Notes under the pieces: generated by a model | Seen by the model: only the letters and a program-made list of their open reading frames with translations | Told to the model about the DNA's origin: nothing | Databases searched by the model: none | Source of the DNA: a virus | Taxonomy: Duplodnaviria > Caudoviricetes | Virus record (IMG/VR): IMGVR_UViG_3300036770_005357 | Direction: 5' to 3' (one strand) | DNA length: 64,000 nt | Translations under genes and position numbers: made by a program | Shown here: positions 62,553-64,000 of the stretch, one piece after another | Layout: the number at the start of each line of letters is the position of its first letter | Numbering within the stretch: the stretch's first letter is position 1

Positions 62553-64000
62553 TTACGCTGTTGTATAAGTTATTTCTACGCCTAATAATCTAGCGTCTAC
62601 AGCTAAAGTATCACTTGCATTCGTCGCATCTCTATAAATTTCAAATATAATTGGTTTACTATTAGCCAATGAACCGCTTATTGTAATTGCACTTGTTGCC
62701 GGACTTATGTGCATATCATATGCTTTAAGCAATGTATCTGTAGCTGTTTGACCTGTACCCAGATTGCCTGTAGAATTAAGTGTATCATCATCCGAATAGA
62801 TTCTACCTCTTAATCCCCAAACAACTGCGCCTGAACCACCGTTGGCTGACCAATAGAATTTGCCTGTTACTGTACTGGAACCATTCCAATTATTTGGAAG
62901 TACTCGCATTACTTGTACATATTCAATTATACCTGCGTCAAAATCTAGAGTATCATAATTTACTCTAGCACTGCCTGTTAATTCTGTGCTATTTACACCG
63001 GACCCACTGAATGATCTTGGAATCATTTCGCCTGCACCTATCCAAATGTTTGAACTATTTGGAACAGTTTTCCATACAGTTTTTGTGCCTGTTGTATAAA
63101 GTACACTACCACTTGTACCAGCACTATTATTACCATCATAATAAGCACCGTTTAGTCTCATACTACCCGATACTTGCAATTTTTGTGATGGTTTATTTGT
63201 ACCTATACCTACTCTACTACCGCTTATAACGAAGTCATTGGCATTGTATTTACCCATGAATATTCTATCATCACTCCAAACATCTACTACAGGCAGACCA
63301 CTTACATCATTTACAGTGAATAGTGAACCTGACAATGTATCTGTAACATTGAAGAGTGTACCTGTACCACCATCTGTTCTTAATACGCTTAAATTACTAC
63401 CGCTTCTATATACTTGTAATTTAGCGGATAAGCTACCGGATACGCCTATACCTACGAAGCTACCGGTACTATGTTGCAATCCTTGACCAAAGGCACTACC
63501 ACTTGCGAATATCAAGTTAGCTATATTTAATTGATTACTACCAGCAGGTTTTCCTGCGTCAATATTGTGTCCTATTATTATATTACTGTTGCCTGTCGTT
63601 ATATTATCACCAGCATCAACGCCTACAGCTATATTTCGTTGACCACTTGTTAATGTACCTAAAGCGCCGTAACCGAATGCGTTGTTATCATTACCGGTCG
63701 TATTATTTACTAAAGAATTATATCCAAATGCACTATTAGCAATACCAATTGTATTAGCTTGTAATGCTTGATGTCCGAAAGCACTATTTTGTATACCCGT
63801 TGTATTACTTGCTAACGCTAAATAACCGAAAGCATTATTGTTATTGGTAGTATTATTTAGTAATGCATAGGCACCAAAAGCATTACTACGATTGCCGGAT
63901 GAGTTATTATTTAACGCTTTATTACCAAATGCTGTATTAGCACCACCCGTTTTATTTAATCTCAATGCGAAATAACCAAATGCACTGTTTAATCTACCAC
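62553..64000 (-). CDS. Tail-fibre/adhesin-like protein with NTAFG..AL repeats (5' end outside window)
   Basis: Repeating N(T/S)AFGxxAL units; frame open to the window edge. Confidence 0.75.
   Translation of the reverse strand, partial: GRLNSAFGYFALRLNKTGGANTAFGNKALNNNSSGNRSNAFGAYALLNNTTNNNNAFGYLALASNTTGIQNSAFGHQALQANTIGIANSAFGYNSLVNNTTGNDNNAFGYGALGTLTSGQRNIAVGVDAGDNITTGNSNIIIGHNIDAGKPAGSNQLNIANLIFASGSAFGQGLQHSTGSFVGIGVSGSLSAKLQVYRSGSNLSVLRTDGGTGTLFNVTDTLSGSLFTVNDVSGLPVVDVWSDDRIFMGKYNANDFVISGSRVGIGTNKPSQKLQVSGSMRLNGAYYDGNNSAGTSGSVLYTTGTKTVWKTVPNSSNIWIGAGEMIPRSFSGSGVNSTELTGSARVNYDTLDFDAGIIEYVQVMRVLPNNWNGSSTVTGKFYWSANGGSGAVVWGLRGRIYSDDDTLNSTGNLGTGQTATDTLLKAYDMHISPATSAITISGSLANSKPIIFEIYRDATNASDTLAVDARLLGVEITYTTA

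Overview
AT-rich segment of a large, uncultured-type dsDNA bacteriophage genome, standard genetic code. Four zones. (1) 1-2.9 kb: glycan-modifying enzymes (carbamoyltransferase, acetyltransferase). (2) About 3.2-18.7 kb: a minus-strand early region of short genes, nearly each with its own near-identical TTGAC(T/A)-N16-TAnA(C/G)T promoter and a near-leaderless start. It also holds an SF2 helicase, two GIY-YIG endonucleases, two tRNAs and a dense array of unexplained structured RNAs. (3) About 18.8-20.6 kb: an HNH endonuclease between two copies of a promoter plus small-RNA-like repeat, then a hairpin/G-tract non-coding region where gene orientation and G/C skew flip (candidate origin). (4) 20.6-64 kb: plus-strand genes, including late genes that share a TATTTATA motif and a T4-CTS-like N-terminal tag, a 1030-aa CxxCH protein, YopX paralogs, thyX, a glnK-amtB operon, RNA and DNA ligases, and glycosyl/methyl/sulfotransferases, ending in minus-strand tail-fibre-like genes. 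All product calls come from motif recognition by eye; no database search or folding program was run.
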